Counted from the stretch's first letter, positions 8,801-20,177 are shown. The stretch: 64,000 nt of DNA from an uncultured Candidatus Binatia bacterium (GCA_965200965.1 OZ241744.1:3360001-3424000); one strand, 5' to 3'. Notes: generated by a model not told the origin, from the letters alone. Made by a program: numbers and translations.

Positions 8801-11800
8801 GCCCGAGCGGGGGTTTAACCCACTGCCCCGCTTGCTAGGGGATTGAAACCGGTTAGTCCGTGCAGGGACACATCCGACTGCTCATATCATGTTTAACCCA
8901 CTGCCCCGCTTGCTAGGGGATTGAAACTTTTTATTCTTCATGGGTCACTTCCATGGTCACTTCCAGTTTAACCCACTGCCCCGCTTGCTAGGGGATTGAA
9001 ACCCATTGTGGCTTGACCCTCCATTATGCCCGCGTGTACGCGCCGTTTAACCCACTGCCCCGCTTGCTAGGGGATTGAAACTGTCCGCCAATGGCGAGCC
9101 AGCCCCATCTTCCTGCGTATCTCGTTTAACCCACTGCCCCGCTTGCTAGGGGATTGAAACCCGACTTCCTTGAGCTCCGGGTCTCGTCCGAGATGCCCGG
9201 TTTAACCCACTGCCCCGCTTGCTAGGGGATTGAAACTTCATCACCTGTTCGTCGGGCCGCCATTGGTAATACGGAGTTTAACCCACTGCCCCGCTTGCTA
9301 GGGGATTGAAACTAAACCGCCTTGGCCTATGCCTAGGTATAGGGCGGCATGATAGGTTTAACCCACTGCCCCGCTTGCTAGGGGATTGAAACAGATTGAA
9401 GAAGGGGTTAGCTCCGCATTATTGCAAAGTTTAACCCACTGCCCCGCTTGCTAGGGGATTGAAACTTCAGAACACGGGATAAGGGAGGCTAAACACTGGG
9501 AGTTTAACCCACTGCCCCGCTTGCTAGGGGATTGAAACCGGCGGATCCGCTCCCCGCCCTCGTCGGGCTCCCCATCCGCGTTTAACCCACTGCCCCGCTT
9601 GCTAGGGGATTGAAACCTTGCTGGCCTTGCTGGCCTTGCTGGCCTTGCTGGCCTTGCGTTTAACCCACTGCCCCGCTTGCTAGGGGATTGAAACTTTTTA
9701 CCCCGTGTTTACGGGGAAACTGTTGGAGGCTGAAAGTTTAACCCACTGCCCCGCTTGCTAGGGGATTGAAACATCGATCCCCTCGTCCAGCGCCGCCCGG
9801 GTGTCGCTGAGGGTTTAACCCACTGCCCCGCTTGCTAGGGGATTGAAACCCGATTTGCGAGTAGGCCGCGGCCATGCTTACCCGGGTTCGCTTGTTTAAC
9901 CCACTGCCCCGCTTGCTAGGGGATTGAAACTTTCGTGGGGCGCTCGCCGTGGGCCTTCGTGCTGACCGAGTTTAACCCACTGCCCCGCTTGCTAGGGGAT
10001 TGAAACTATCTTACAAACCGCAGCTCCTCTGCATAATCGTTCAGCCAGGTTTAACCCACTGCCCCGCTTGCTAGGGGATTGAAACTCCATCCCCTTTCCT
10101 TCAGCAAAGAGAGGGCACTGAAGACTTGTTTAACCCACTGCCCCGCTTGCTAGGGGATTGAAACCGGAGTACCAAATCGGCTTGTCCGATTCCGCATATG
10201 TGGGGGTTTAACCCACTGCCCCGCTTGCTAGGGGATTGAAACGTGAGATTCGGCCTTCTTGACATCTCGTCTCTCCTCTCCTGCCGTTTAACCCACTGCC
10301 CCGCTTGCTAGGGGATTGAAACTTCCACACGCGGAACCCAGTTTTCATTAATAGCGGAAGTTTAACCCACTGCCCCGCTTGCTAGGGGATTGAAACCGAA
10401 TCCGATCTCGTCGATAAGCGCCCACCTTGTTAGATGAATGTTTAACCCACTGCCCCGCTTGCTAGGGGATTGAAACCAGTCAGGGCCGGCCCTGCACCCG
10501 CACCAGTCCACGATGTGTTTAACCCACTGCCCCGCTTGCTAGGGGATTGAAACACTGCGATCACGCCGGGCTGAGGGGCTACAGCCCCAGCCGTAGGTTT
10601 AACCCACTGCCCCGCTTGCTAGGGGATTGAAACTCACTGGCCACTACGAGCTCGGCGTCGCAATCGTCGTCGTCGGGTTTAACCCACTGCCCCGCTTGCT
10701 AGGGGATTGAAACACGTCGTCCGCCTTTTTACCGTCGGCCATCAGGTTCTTGGTTTAACCCACTGCCCCGCTTGCTAGGGGATTGAAACGAAACGGGCGC
10801 CTGAGGCGACCATGCTTGAACGACCACCTCGTTTAACCCACTGCCCCGCTTGCTAGGGGATTGAAACGAGAGTATATCTTCACCACGCTTGAACCTCCTT
10901 CACGAAAGTTTAACCCACTGCCCCGCTTGCTAGGGGATTGAAACAGTTACGAGCTTGTCTTCGGGACATGAACCTGAGCTCGTCTTGTTTAACCCACTGC
11001 CCCGCTTGCTAGGGGATTGAAACACAACCTTAGAGAAGGCATCGCAACCATTCCCATGAACTTCAGTTTAACCCACTGCCCCGCTTGCTAGGGGATTGAA
11101 ACTCTAAAGAAGGGATCAGAGTCAAAGACCCAGATGGCCTTCACCGGTTTAACCCACTGCCCCGCTTGCTAGGGGATTGAAACAAGCCGATTACATATTC
11201 CGTTCCGCTCCATTTGCCATCTTTGTTTAACCCACTGCCCCGCTTGCTAGGGGATTGAAACGCGATACCAACGGCCTTGGCGCCAATGATGACGCCGGGA
11301 AGTTTAACCCACTGCCCCGCTTGCTAGGGGATTGAAACTCCGGCCATCCTCGGCCACGAGGGGGCCGGCGTTGTGGTGTTTAACCCACTGCCCCGCTTGC
11401 TAGGGGATTGAAACTCACTCACCAACCCACGGTGGAGATTGTGGCGTGGTTTGTTTAACCCACTGCCCCGCTTGCTAGGGGATTGAAACAAGTTTTGCAG
11501 CCCCGCCCCTTGACCCGTCACGGGGGCTTGCGTTTAACCCACTGCCCCGCTTGCTAGGGGATTGAAACGATGCTGACGCAACGAGTTCATGGCCTTCCAT
11601 GACTTGGTTTTGTTTAACCCACTGCCCCGCTTGCTAGGGGATTGAAACGCCAATGACCCTTGCGCGGAGACGATGTGAACCATTCGTCGGGTTTAACCCA
11701 CTGCCCCGCTTGCTAGGGGATTGAAACTACCGGGAGCCTCCTATCGGCTGCCTCGAAGCGGCAACCCCAGCGTTTAACCCACTGCCCCGCTTGCTAGGGG

Positions 11801-12590
11801 ATTGAAACCTTCTTTATCCTGGGCATCTTCCCAGGACACCTCTGACGGAGTTTAACCCACTGCCCCGCTTGCTAGGGGATTGAAACCAGGACACCGCTGA
11901 CGGCGACAGGGAGTGCGGACCGCTGATGTTTAACCCACTGCCCCGCTTGCTAGGGGATTGAAACCAGGACACCGCTGACGGCGACAGGGAGTGCGGACCG
12001 CTGATGTTTAACCCACTGCCCCGCTTGCTAGGGGATTGAAACATAATCTCCCGCCCAGGCCTCTCACAGCTCGGGCAGACTGTAGTTTAACCCACTGCCC
12101 CGCTTGCTAGGGGATTGAAACCGGTGACGACTACGTCAAGGTGATCAGACCAGAGGCGATGTCGGGTTTAACCCACTGCTCCGCTTGCTAGGGGATTGAA
12201 ACATATCCGCATCGCATTGCAACCTGACTGGCAACCATCTCTGCCGTTTAACCCACTGCCCCGCTTGCTAGGGGATTGAAACAAATGGCAGAATGTTGTC
12301 GTAGGACGTGTGAAGCTGAGGCATGTTTAACCCACTGCCCCGCTTGCTAGGGGATTGAAACTTGTATTGCCAGTTCTGCTCGATGCTACCGATGGGCGTC
12401 TGTTTAACCCACTGCCCCGCTTGCTAGGGGATTGAAACCCGATCTCGCCGTCAGGGCGTACAAGGGCAAGGCATCCGGGTTTAACCCACTGCCCCGCTTG
12501 CTAGGGGATTGAAACGAAAAGATGCGTGAAGAGTCCGACGAAACCACTTGATAGTTTAACCCACTGCCCCGCTTGCTAGGGGATTGAGAC
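5835..12590 (+). CRISPR. CRISPR array: 37-bp repeat GTTTAACCCACTGCCCCGCTTGCTAGGGGATTGAAAC, 87 repeats, 86 spacers of about 36-46 nt
   Basis: Manual count. Repeat has a CCCC/GGGG hairpin and an ATTGAAAC 3' tag. Repeat at 12166 carries a C>T change; terminal repeat ends GAGAC. Confidence 0.99.
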
Positions 12591-12725
12591 GAGCACGCTT
12601 TCCATTGCAGATCATCTCCATCGACTTCGGTTGAAAGCCGGACGATTTGGGTGTTCCATTCAATCTGAAAAGCCGGGGCGGTGGCGCGAGTGTCGGACGG
12701 TTTGGGTCGGAAGGAGAGGAGCGAG

Positions 12726-13586
12726 ATGAGTTGGCACGAGCACATGACAGCACTGCTGGACCGCGTGGCAATCAGGGCGTGGCGGCTTTTGCTGACAACG
12801 CCACAGGTCACAGCAACGGTCCCGATGCTGCGTGGCGTGTGGGGCCGCGCGCTGCGCCATGTTGATGCGGAGGCCTACCGGCAGGTGTTTGCCCCGGCTG
12901 GGGCGGCCCACCGCCGTTTGCCCCGCTATATCCTGCGGCCAGCCCTGCCCGATCCGACTACGGCCCCGGCGGTTGAGTGGATTCTACTGGGCGTGGCTGA
13001 GAGCCTGGAGCCGGCCCTGTGGCGGGCTTGGGATATTGCCAGCGGTATGGGGCTTGGCCCGACCCGCGCACCGTTTGCCATTCGTGAGCGGGTTCCGCTC
13101 GGACCGGGGAATGAGGGGACGCGCTCTGAGGCGAAACGCTGGCGGTTGTCCGAGGCTGCCTGGCCGTTGGCGGGCGAGCCGGCTTCGACCCCGTGCCGCC
13201 TGCATTTTCTCGCGCCGGTCCGCTTGATCCGCCGGGGTACACTGATTGAAGCCCCCGGTCTGGCTGATATTGCCACCGCGGCCGCGCGTCGTGCCGCTGG
13301 TCTGGCGGGTGAGGACAGAGGCGAACCCTATCGGAATCTGATACGCGGCGTACAACACGAGGCGGCGGGTCTGACCGCCGGTCCCTGGCGTGGTGAGCGG
13401 AGCGACCTGGTGCGCTGGTCCGCGGCCCAGCAACGTGAGATTGACCTGTACGGCGTCACCGGCGGGCTGGAGTTGCCGGTCGGGCCGGGTCGGCTGTGGC
13501 CGCTGTTGGCGGCGGCCGGCTGGACCCACATCGGTAAAGGCACGGTCTTCGGCCTTGGCCAACTGTGCCTGACCGCCGACTCCTAG
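12726..13586 (+). CDS. cas6: crRNA-processing endoribonuclease Cas6
   Basis: C-terminal G-loop HIGKGTVFGLG; LRGVWGRAL N-terminal motif; GGAGAGGA RBS before ATG 12726. Confidence 0.88.
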   Translation: MSWHEHMTALLDRVAIRAWRLLLTTPQVTATVPMLRGVWGRALRHVDAEAYRQVFAPAGAAHRRLPRYILRPALPDPTTAPAVEWILLGVAESLEPALWRAWDIASGMGLGPTRAPFAIRERVPLGPGNEGTRSEAKRWRLSEAAWPLAGEPASTPCRLHFLAPVRLIRRGTLIEAPGLADIATAAARRAAGLAGEDRGEPYRNLIRGVQHEAAGLTAGPWRGERSDLVRWSAAQQREIDLYGVTGGLELPVGPGRLWPLLAAAGWTHIGKGTVFGLGQLCLTADS

Positions 13587-13692
13587 CGGTTTCATGCCGG
13601 AGTGTCACGCGTAGGTCGGAGGTGCGGAGCGTCATCCGCAGGGATGCCGGGCTGTGGCGCTCCGCAAAAAGGAAGACAAGACGACACATCTT

Positions 13693-16449
13693 TCAGGCTT
13701 CAACGCCTCGGGCGACCTCGACCTGTACCGCGCAGTATTTGAACTCGGGGATTTTGCCATACGGGTCCAGGGCCTCGTTGGTCAGCAGGTTGGCCGCGGC
13801 TTCTTGGTAGCAGAACGGCATGAAAATCTCGCCGCGTCTCATACCGCGGTCGGCCCGGGCAAAGGCGGTGAGGGCCCCGCGGCGCGAGACGACCCGCAGC
13901 AACTCGCCCTCCCCTCCGTCAAGGGCGGCTAAGTCATCGGGATGAATGTTGATGACCGGCTGGGGTTCAATCGCGTCCAGCACCCGCGAGCGACGTGTCA
14001 TGGCCCCGGTATGCCAGTGCTCCAACTGGCGGCCGGTGATGAGGACATAGGGGAACTCCTTGTCCGGCAGTTCGTCGGCGCTGATCAGCCGGGCTGGAAC
14101 AAAACGGCCCCGCCGGCTGGGGGTGGGGAAGTCGTCTTGAAAAACAATGGGCTGACCCGGGTCGTCCGTGCTGGTACACGGATAGGTGACGGAGCCGTAC
14201 CGCTCCAGCCGCTTCCAGCTTATCCCGCCAATGCTGGGCATGGCTTGGCGCATCTCGGCAAACACACTCTGGACATCGGGGTAATGCCAGTCCAGACCCA
14301 GCCGGCGGGCGATGTCCTGGATGATGTCCAGGTCCTGACGGGCCGCGCCCGGTGGGTCAAGTGCTCGGCGGCCCAACTGCACCCGGCGGTCGGTGTTGGT
14401 GAAGGTGCCGGTTTTTTCTGGAAAGGCCGAGGCTGGCAGCACCACATCGGCAAAAGCGGCGGTTTCGGTCAGAAACAGGTCTTGCACCACCAGATGATCG
14501 AGCGTGGCCAGGGCGTGGCGGGCGTGGCGCAGGTTGGGGTCTGACATGGCCGGATTTTCGCCCATGATGTACAGGCCGTGCAGACTGCCGTCCAGAATCG
14601 CGTTCATGATCTCAACCACCGTCAGCCCCGGCTTGTCGTCCAGGCGGGCGCGCCACAGGCGCTCAAACTGCTGCCGGGCGGCCGTGTCGTCCACCGGCTG
14701 ATAGTCGGGAAAGACCATTGGGATCAGCCCGGCGTCAGACGCGCCCTGCACATTGTTCTGGCCGCGCAGGGGGTGGAGGCCGGTGCCGGGCCGGCCGACC
14801 TGGCCGGTCAGCAGCGACAGGGCGATCAGACACCGGGCATTGTCGGTGCCGTGGATGTGCTGCGAGACGCCCATGCCCCAGAAGATCATCGCCCCCGAGG
14901 CAGTGGCGTAGCGGCGGGCTACCTCACGGATGGTGGCCGCCTCAATGCCGCAGACGGCGGCCATGTCTTCGGGGCTGAAGCCGGCCACATTGTGGCGCAG
15001 CAACTCAAAGTCTTCGGTGCGCTGTTCCACAAACGCGGTGTTGACCAGCCCCTCGTCAATAATGGTGTGGAGCATGGCGTTCAGCAGTGCCACATCGGTG
15101 TCGGGTGTGAACTGGAGATAATAGCGGGCGTGGCGGGCCAGCTCGGTCCGCCGGGGATCCATGACAATCAGCGTTTTGCCGGCCTTGGCCGCGTTTTTCA
15201 TGAAGGTGGCGGCGACTGGGTGGTTTTCGGGCGTGTTGGAGCCGATGATGAGAATCACCTCGGCCTCGGCCACCTCCTCAACCTGATTGGAGACCGCGCC
15301 CGAGCCGATGCCTTCGAGCAGGGCAGCGACCGATGAGGCGTGGCACAGGCGGGTGCAGTGGTCAACATTATTGGTGCCACAGCCGGTCCGCATCAATTTC
15401 TGAAACAGATAGGCTTCTTCGTTGCTGCCCTTGGCCGAGCCAAAACCGGCCAGGGCGTGGCTGCCCCTGGTGTCGCGGATTGTCTTGAGCCCGGCCGCGG
15501 CTACATCGAGGGCTTCGTCCCAGTCGGCTTCGCGGAAGAGGGCCTGCCAGTTGTCCGGGTCACAGTCCAGCGCTGCCGACTTGGGTACGCCGGGCTTGCG
15601 GAGCAGGGGGCGTGTCAAACGGTGGGGGTGATGCACATAGTCAAAGCCAAAGCGGCCCTTGACGCACAGCCGGCCGTGGTTGGCCGGCCCGTCGCGGCCG
15701 GTGACGGACAGGATGGTATTGTCCTTGACATGGTAGGTCAGCAGACAGCCCACCCCGCAGTAGGGACACACCGAGTCAACGCTTTTGTCCGGCTCAAGCA
15801 GTTCTACACCTCCGGCCACCGCCAGCGCGCCGGTCGGGCAGACCTGGACGCACTCGCCGCAGCCAACGCACGAGCTGTGGCCCATCGGGTCGGCCAGATC
15901 AAATACAATGGCCGCCGCGCTGCCGCGGCCGGCATAGCCGATCACGTCGTTGACCTGCTCCTCACGGCAGGCGCGCTGACAGCGGGTACACTGGATGCAG
16001 GCGTCGAGGTTGACCGCTATGGCCGGGTGGGACAGGTCTGCGGCCGGCTGCTGACGGCGCGCAAAGCGGGGTTGACCTACGGCGAGTTTGTCGGCCCACA
16101 GGTCGAGCTCGGAGGCGCGCGTGTATGGTGTGTCGGCCACATCGGAGCGCAGCAGTTCCAGGACCATTTGCTGCGAATGGCGCGCCCGCTCGCTGTGGCT
16201 CAACACCTCCATGCCGTCGGTCGGCGTTCGGCAGCACGACGGGGCTAGGGGCCGCTCACCCTTGATTTCCACCACACACACCCGACAGTTGCCGTCGGGC
16301 CGCAGGCCGTCGGTGTAGCACAGGTGGGGAATCTTGACCCCGTGGCGCTGGGCGGTCTGGAGGATGGTCTCGCCGGGCCGGGCGTCAAGCGTCCGTCCGT
16401 CGAGGGTGAAGGTGGTGAGTCCGTCCGTATCGGAAGAGGCACCAGCCAT
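13693..16449 (-). CDS. fdhF: Formate dehydrogenase alpha subunit (Mo/W-bisPGD, Cys ligand) with N-terminal Fe-S domains
   Basis: 2Fe-2S and 4Fe-4S motifs, CPYCGVGC, NNVDHCTRLCHAS, PLRGQNNVQG, KIPEFKYCAV. Confidence 0.95.
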   Translation of the reverse strand: MAGASSDTDGLTTFTLDGRTLDARPGETILQTAQRHGVKIPHLCYTDGLRPDGNCRVCVVEIKGERPLAPSCCRTPTDGMEVLSHSERARHSQQMVLELLRSDVADTPYTRASELDLWADKLAVGQPRFARRQQPAADLSHPAIAVNLDACIQCTRCQRACREEQVNDVIGYAGRGSAAAIVFDLADPMGHSSCVGCGECVQVCPTGALAVAGGVELLEPDKSVDSVCPYCGVGCLLTYHVKDNTILSVTGRDGPANHGRLCVKGRFGFDYVHHPHRLTRPLLRKPGVPKSAALDCDPDNWQALFREADWDEALDVAAAGLKTIRDTRGSHALAGFGSAKGSNEEAYLFQKLMRTGCGTNNVDHCTRLCHASSVAALLEGIGSGAVSNQVEEVAEAEVILIIGSNTPENHPVAATFMKNAAKAGKTLIVMDPRRTELARHARYYLQFTPDTDVALLNAMLHTIIDEGLVNTAFVEQRTEDFELLRHNVAGFSPEDMAAVCGIEAATIREVARRYATASGAMIFWGMGVSQHIHGTDNARCLIALSLLTGQVGRPGTGLHPLRGQNNVQGASDAGLIPMVFPDYQPVDDTAARQQFERLWRARLDDKPGLTVVEIMNAILDGSLHGLYIMGENPAMSDPNLRHARHALATLDHLVVQDLFLTETAAFADVVLPASAFPEKTGTFTNTDRRVQLGRRALDPPGAARQDLDIIQDIARRLGLDWHYPDVQSVFAEMRQAMPSIGGISWKRLERYGSVTYPCTSTDDPGQPIVFQDDFPTPSRRGRFVPARLISADELPDKEFPYVLITGRQLEHWHTGAMTRRSRVLDAIEPQPVINIHPDDLAALDGGEGELLRVVSRRGALTAFARADRGMRRGEIFMPFCYQEAAANLLTNEALDPYGKIPEFKYCAVQVEVARGVEA

Positions 16450-18131
16450 CAGGCAAGCTCCTGGGGAAAGTAGGTGATGACGCTGCGCAGGGGGTTGGGT
16501 GCGGCCTGACCCAGCCCGCAGATCGAGGCGTCGGCCATCACTTGGGCCAAGTCTTCAAGCCGGCCGATGTCCCAGCGGTCCTGCTCCATGAGGCCGGCCG
16601 CTTTTGCCGTCCCGAGCCGGCACGGCGTACACTTGCCGCACGATTCGTGGGCAAAGAAGCGCATGGCGTTGAGAGCCGCGGCCCGGGCGCTGTCTTTGTC
16701 CGACAGGACGATAATGGCGGCCGAGCCGATGAAACAGCCGTGGGGCTGGAGGGTGTCGAAGTCGAGCGGCTCGTCGGCCAGCGTGGCCGGCAGGATGCCA
16801 CCCGAGGCCCCGCCTGGAAAATAGCCGTACAACTCGTGGCTGGGCAACATACCGCCGCAGTATTCGTCAATCAGCTCACGCAGGGTGATGCCGGCCGGAG
16901 CGATGTGGACGCCGGGCCGGCTGACCCGCCCGCTGACCGAAAAGGAGCGCAGCCCGGTACGCCCGTTGCGACCCTGGCCGGCAAACCAGGCCGGGCCTTT
17001 TTCGACAATCTCGCGTACCCAGAACAGGGTCTCAAAATTATGCTCCAGGGTCGGGCGGCCAAACAGTCCGACCTCGGCCACATACGGCGGTCGCAGCCGC
17101 GGCATCCCACGCTTGCCCTCAACAGACTCGATCATGGCCGACTCTTCGCCGCAGATGTAGGCCCCGGCTCCCCGGCGGACATGGAAGCGGGGCAGGGGCG
17201 TGGGCGGGTCGGCCCGCAGCTCGACGATACTGTCCTTGATGACCTGGATGCAGGCCGGGTATTCGTCGCGGATATAGATGTAGACCTCGCTGATGCTGAC
17301 CGCCCAGCAGGCGATCAGCAGCCCTTCCAGAAAGCGGTGCGGGTCGCGCTCCATATAATAGCGGTCTTTGAATGTGCCCGGCTCGCCCTCGTCGATATTG
17401 ACCGCCAGCAGCCGGGGGGCGGGGGAGTCGCGGACAATGCGCCATTTGCGGCCGGTCGGAAAACCCGCCCCGCCCAGGCCGCGCAACCCGGCCTCGTCCA
17501 GGGCCGTGATGATCGACTCGGCCGTGCGCTCGCCGGCCACGCAGGCCCGCAGGAGCCGATACCCGCCGCCTTTTGTATACGCTGGGCAGTCTATGACGGT
17601 GGTCGGGGCCGGGCAGGCTGTGGCCCGCCGGCTGACAGCTTCCTGCACCTTGTCCGGGGTGGCCTGAGCGATGGGATTCTGGCCGACAATGACCGCCGGG
17701 GCGACCTCACAGCGGCCAACGCATGGCACGCGCTGCACCCGGATGCTCCCGCCGAGACGGTCGGGCAGAGCCGCCAGCAGCGCCGGCGCGCCGGCCAGCT
17801 CACAACTGAGCGAGTCGCACACCCGGACGGTCAGGGCCGGCGGCGGCGCTTCGTGCTCTTTGACCACATCAAAATGATGGTAAAAGCTGGCCACCTCGTA
17901 GACCTCAACCGGGGCCAGCCGCATCTCCGCGGCCAGGGCGACGAGATGGGCGGCTGACAGGTGGCCATAGCGGTCCTGAATGGTATGCAGGTGCTCAATC
18001 AGCAGATCGCGCCGGCGGGGTGCGTCACCGAGCAGACTTTGGATCTCGGCCAAAGCCTGGGGACTGACCGACCGGCCCTTGGCTCTGGAGCGTCTGCGGC
18101 GGCTGTCTTGTTCCATGCTGGTGTCCGACAT
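16449..18131 (-). CDS. Formate dehydrogenase beta subunit (fused NuoE/NuoF-like diaphorase)
   Basis: EVASFYHHF, CDSLSC, GLRGLGGAGFPTG, DEGEPGTFKD, GAGAYICGEE, ESCGKCTPCR; stop overlaps the alpha start. Confidence 0.93.
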   Translation of the reverse strand: MSDTSMEQDSRRRRSRAKGRSVSPQALAEIQSLLGDAPRRRDLLIEHLHTIQDRYGHLSAAHLVALAAEMRLAPVEVYEVASFYHHFDVVKEHEAPPPALTVRVCDSLSCELAGAPALLAALPDRLGGSIRVQRVPCVGRCEVAPAVIVGQNPIAQATPDKVQEAVSRRATACPAPTTVIDCPAYTKGGGYRLLRACVAGERTAESIITALDEAGLRGLGGAGFPTGRKWRIVRDSPAPRLLAVNIDEGEPGTFKDRYYMERDPHRFLEGLLIACWAVSISEVYIYIRDEYPACIQVIKDSIVELRADPPTPLPRFHVRRGAGAYICGEESAMIESVEGKRGMPRLRPPYVAEVGLFGRPTLEHNFETLFWVREIVEKGPAWFAGQGRNGRTGLRSFSVSGRVSRPGVHIAPAGITLRELIDEYCGGMLPSHELYGYFPGGASGGILPATLADEPLDFDTLQPHGCFIGSAAIIVLSDKDSARAAALNAMRFFAHESCGKCTPCRLGTAKAAGLMEQDRWDIGRLEDLAQVMADASICGLGQAAPNPLRSVITYFPQELA

Positions 18132-18411
18132 GTTGAATTGTTTCGGCACTATACCCATTTGGGCCCGGGTCAACAAGGCAGATAGGGCATGACCTGTCCA
18201 CAACTCCAGAATTGCGAGACCACACAAAAGACCTCTGTCACGGACGGCTATTAAGCCTCTTCTTACAAATCAAGGAAAGAGATGAAGAGGGATTAGGGCA
18301 CCATGATTGGTCGTTTGCTTGAAAGTCGCCCTGCCAGATGGTTCGATTCGTTGTTCACAGGTGGCTGCCATGCTAACCTGCCTCAGCAACAATGTGGGGG
18401 AGGAGAAAGGT

Positions 18412-19040
18412 ATGGAATATTCCGCGCTTCCGCCAATTTTCACGATCGAGCAAGCCGCGGGCTACTTGCAGGTGAGCGTTGGGAAATTGCGTGCCGAACT
18501 GGAGAGTGGCCGCATTCCAGGGCTGAAAATCGCGGGTCAATGGCGCATCGAGCGGCGGGCGCTTGACCATTGGCCGAGTCTCCTCTGCATGATTTTGCAC
18601 TGCACGCCCGCTTGGCGAATGTCGGAACCAACTTGGCGGATACATATATCAGCGCATGGAAGATTTACCAAACAGAGGAGATGCCCAACTATTCCGGCGT
18701 CGTCCACGAGATACGAGACATCCTGACCCTGCTGTTGGATACAATAGCTCCGAACGGAGATGTTATGGCTGAAACTGGCTTCAAACTTGAAGCCGGACAT
18801 AACAATCCTACTCGCCGGCAACGTGTCCGCTACGCGGTTCGTAGACTGTACGACCCCGAACATGCAAAAGAGATCGCGAGCGACTTCGATCTTCTCGAAA
18901 TCCTGTGTGAACGCTTGGCTCAAGCCGCTACAGGTGCCTATCGTCGTGCATCCGATCTGGCTCATAATTCGACCCCGCGGGAGAGAGCGTATCGGGTGCT
19001 CAAGCAATGGGAAGGTCTTGTCGCCCAGCTTCTTCCAGAA
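18412..19040 (+). pseudogene. Frameshifted excisionase-type HTH fused to a predicted pPIWI-associated nuclease-like (pPIWI_RE_Y) domain
   Basis: AGGAG RBS plus MEYSALPPIFTIEQAAGYLQVS...GRIPGLKIAGQWRI (HTH_17). Near 18570 the frame shifts into EIRDIL...IAPNGDV...GFK...PTRRQRVRYA...ASDLAH. Domain call from remembered motif similarity. Confidence 0.55.
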
Positions 19041-19229
19041 CGCCAGGACGCGCTTCACGCATCTGGTAGCAGCGGTATGAAGAGGCGAAAGAGCGACGCT
19101 TACCCCTCTGCGAGTTTGCACGAACTGAGCAGACGGGGCTTTCTCAAAGGAGTGGGGACATCTGTAGCTGGGTCGGTAGGCGTGCTGACTGCCCTGGCGG
19201 TTCAAGCCGCAAAAAGAAAGGATCGGCCT

Positions 19230-20171
19230 ATGACACGCTTTGGGATACAGATCGAACCCCAGTTTGGCTTTTCGTATCAGGAGGTCGCCGGCCTGGCCCA
19301 AGACGCCGAGCGACTGGGCTTTGACGGTCTGTGGGTGTCTGACCACCTGTTCTGGGACGCGCAGTCCGAACAGCGCAACTGTCTGGACGCCTGGACCCTG
19401 CTGACCGCCCTGGCCCCGGTCACGACTCGCCTGCGCCTCGGCACGCTGGTCAGCTGCAACTCCTACCGCCTGCCCAGCGTGCTGGCCAAGGTGACGGCCA
19501 GTTTTGACCACCTGAGCCAGGGCCGGCTGGAGTTCGGCATTGGTGCCGGCTGGAAGGAGATGGAGTATACGGCCTACGGCATCCCCTTTCCGCGGGTTGG
19601 TGTCCGGCTGGCCCAACTCGAAGAGGCGGTGCAGCTCATGCAACTGCTGTGGACCCGGCCGCGGGCCTCATTTCAGGGCAAATACTACCAGCTTGAGCGG
19701 GCGGTGTGCGCGCCCAAGCCGGTTCAGCAGCCGCTCAAGACCTGGATTGGCGGCATGGGCGAGAAAAAGCTGCTGCGGATTGTGGCCCGCCACGCTAGCG
19801 GCTGGAACGCTATGCCCGGCGTACCGGCCGAGGCCATGCAGAAAAAGCTGGACGCGCTGCGCCGGCACTGCGACGCGCTCGGGCGGGACGTGGCCAGCAT
19901 CGACAAGTCGCTGTTCATCCTGTGCTGCATCGTTGACGATGAGGCCGAACTCAGAACCCACGCGGCCGACCTGGAAAAAACCCTGGGCACGGCCGATATC
20001 ATCCGGGCTGGGCGCAAGATTCGTACCGCCGGTACGCCCGAGCAGGTGGCCGACACGCTGCGCGGCTTTCAGCGCCTCGGCTTTGACTATTTTATCGCCA
20101 TGTTTCCCTACCGGCGGGACGCCGAGATGCTGGAGCGCTTCAGCCGCCAAGTCGTGCCGCTGCTGGCCTAG
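19230..20171 (+). CDS. LLM-class (probably F420-dependent) oxidoreductase
   Basis: GFDGLWVSDH, RLGTLV, SQGRLEFGIGAGW, PKPVQQP; own AAAGGA RBS inside the longer 533-aa ORF. Confidence 0.9.
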   Translation: MTRFGIQIEPQFGFSYQEVAGLAQDAERLGFDGLWVSDHLFWDAQSEQRNCLDAWTLLTALAPVTTRLRLGTLVSCNSYRLPSVLAKVTASFDHLSQGRLEFGIGAGWKEMEYTAYGIPFPRVGVRLAQLEEAVQLMQLLWTRPRASFQGKYYQLERAVCAPKPVQQPLKTWIGGMGEKKLLRIVARHASGWNAMPGVPAEAMQKKLDALRRHCDALGRDVASIDKSLFILCCIVDDEAELRTHAADLEKTLGTADIIRAGRKIRTAGTPEQVADTLRGFQRLGFDYFIAMFPYRRDAEMLERFSRQVVPLLA

Positions 20172-20177
20172 TTCGCT

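Noticed and set aside
12591-12680. Possible further degenerate repeat after the terminal repeat
   Set aside because: Only GTT/GAAA fragments match; no alignable 37-mer.
6961-12811. Minus-strand ORFs with repeated FQSPSKRGSGLN
   Set aside because: Translations of the CRISPR repeat, not proteins.
13693-16449. Selenocysteine formate dehydrogenase
   Set aside because: Active-site ligand is Cys (RLCH) in an uninterrupted ORF.
18570-20171. 533-aa ORF as a single genuine protein
   Set aside because: Made of unrelated segments; the LLM domain has its own RBS and ATG at 19230.
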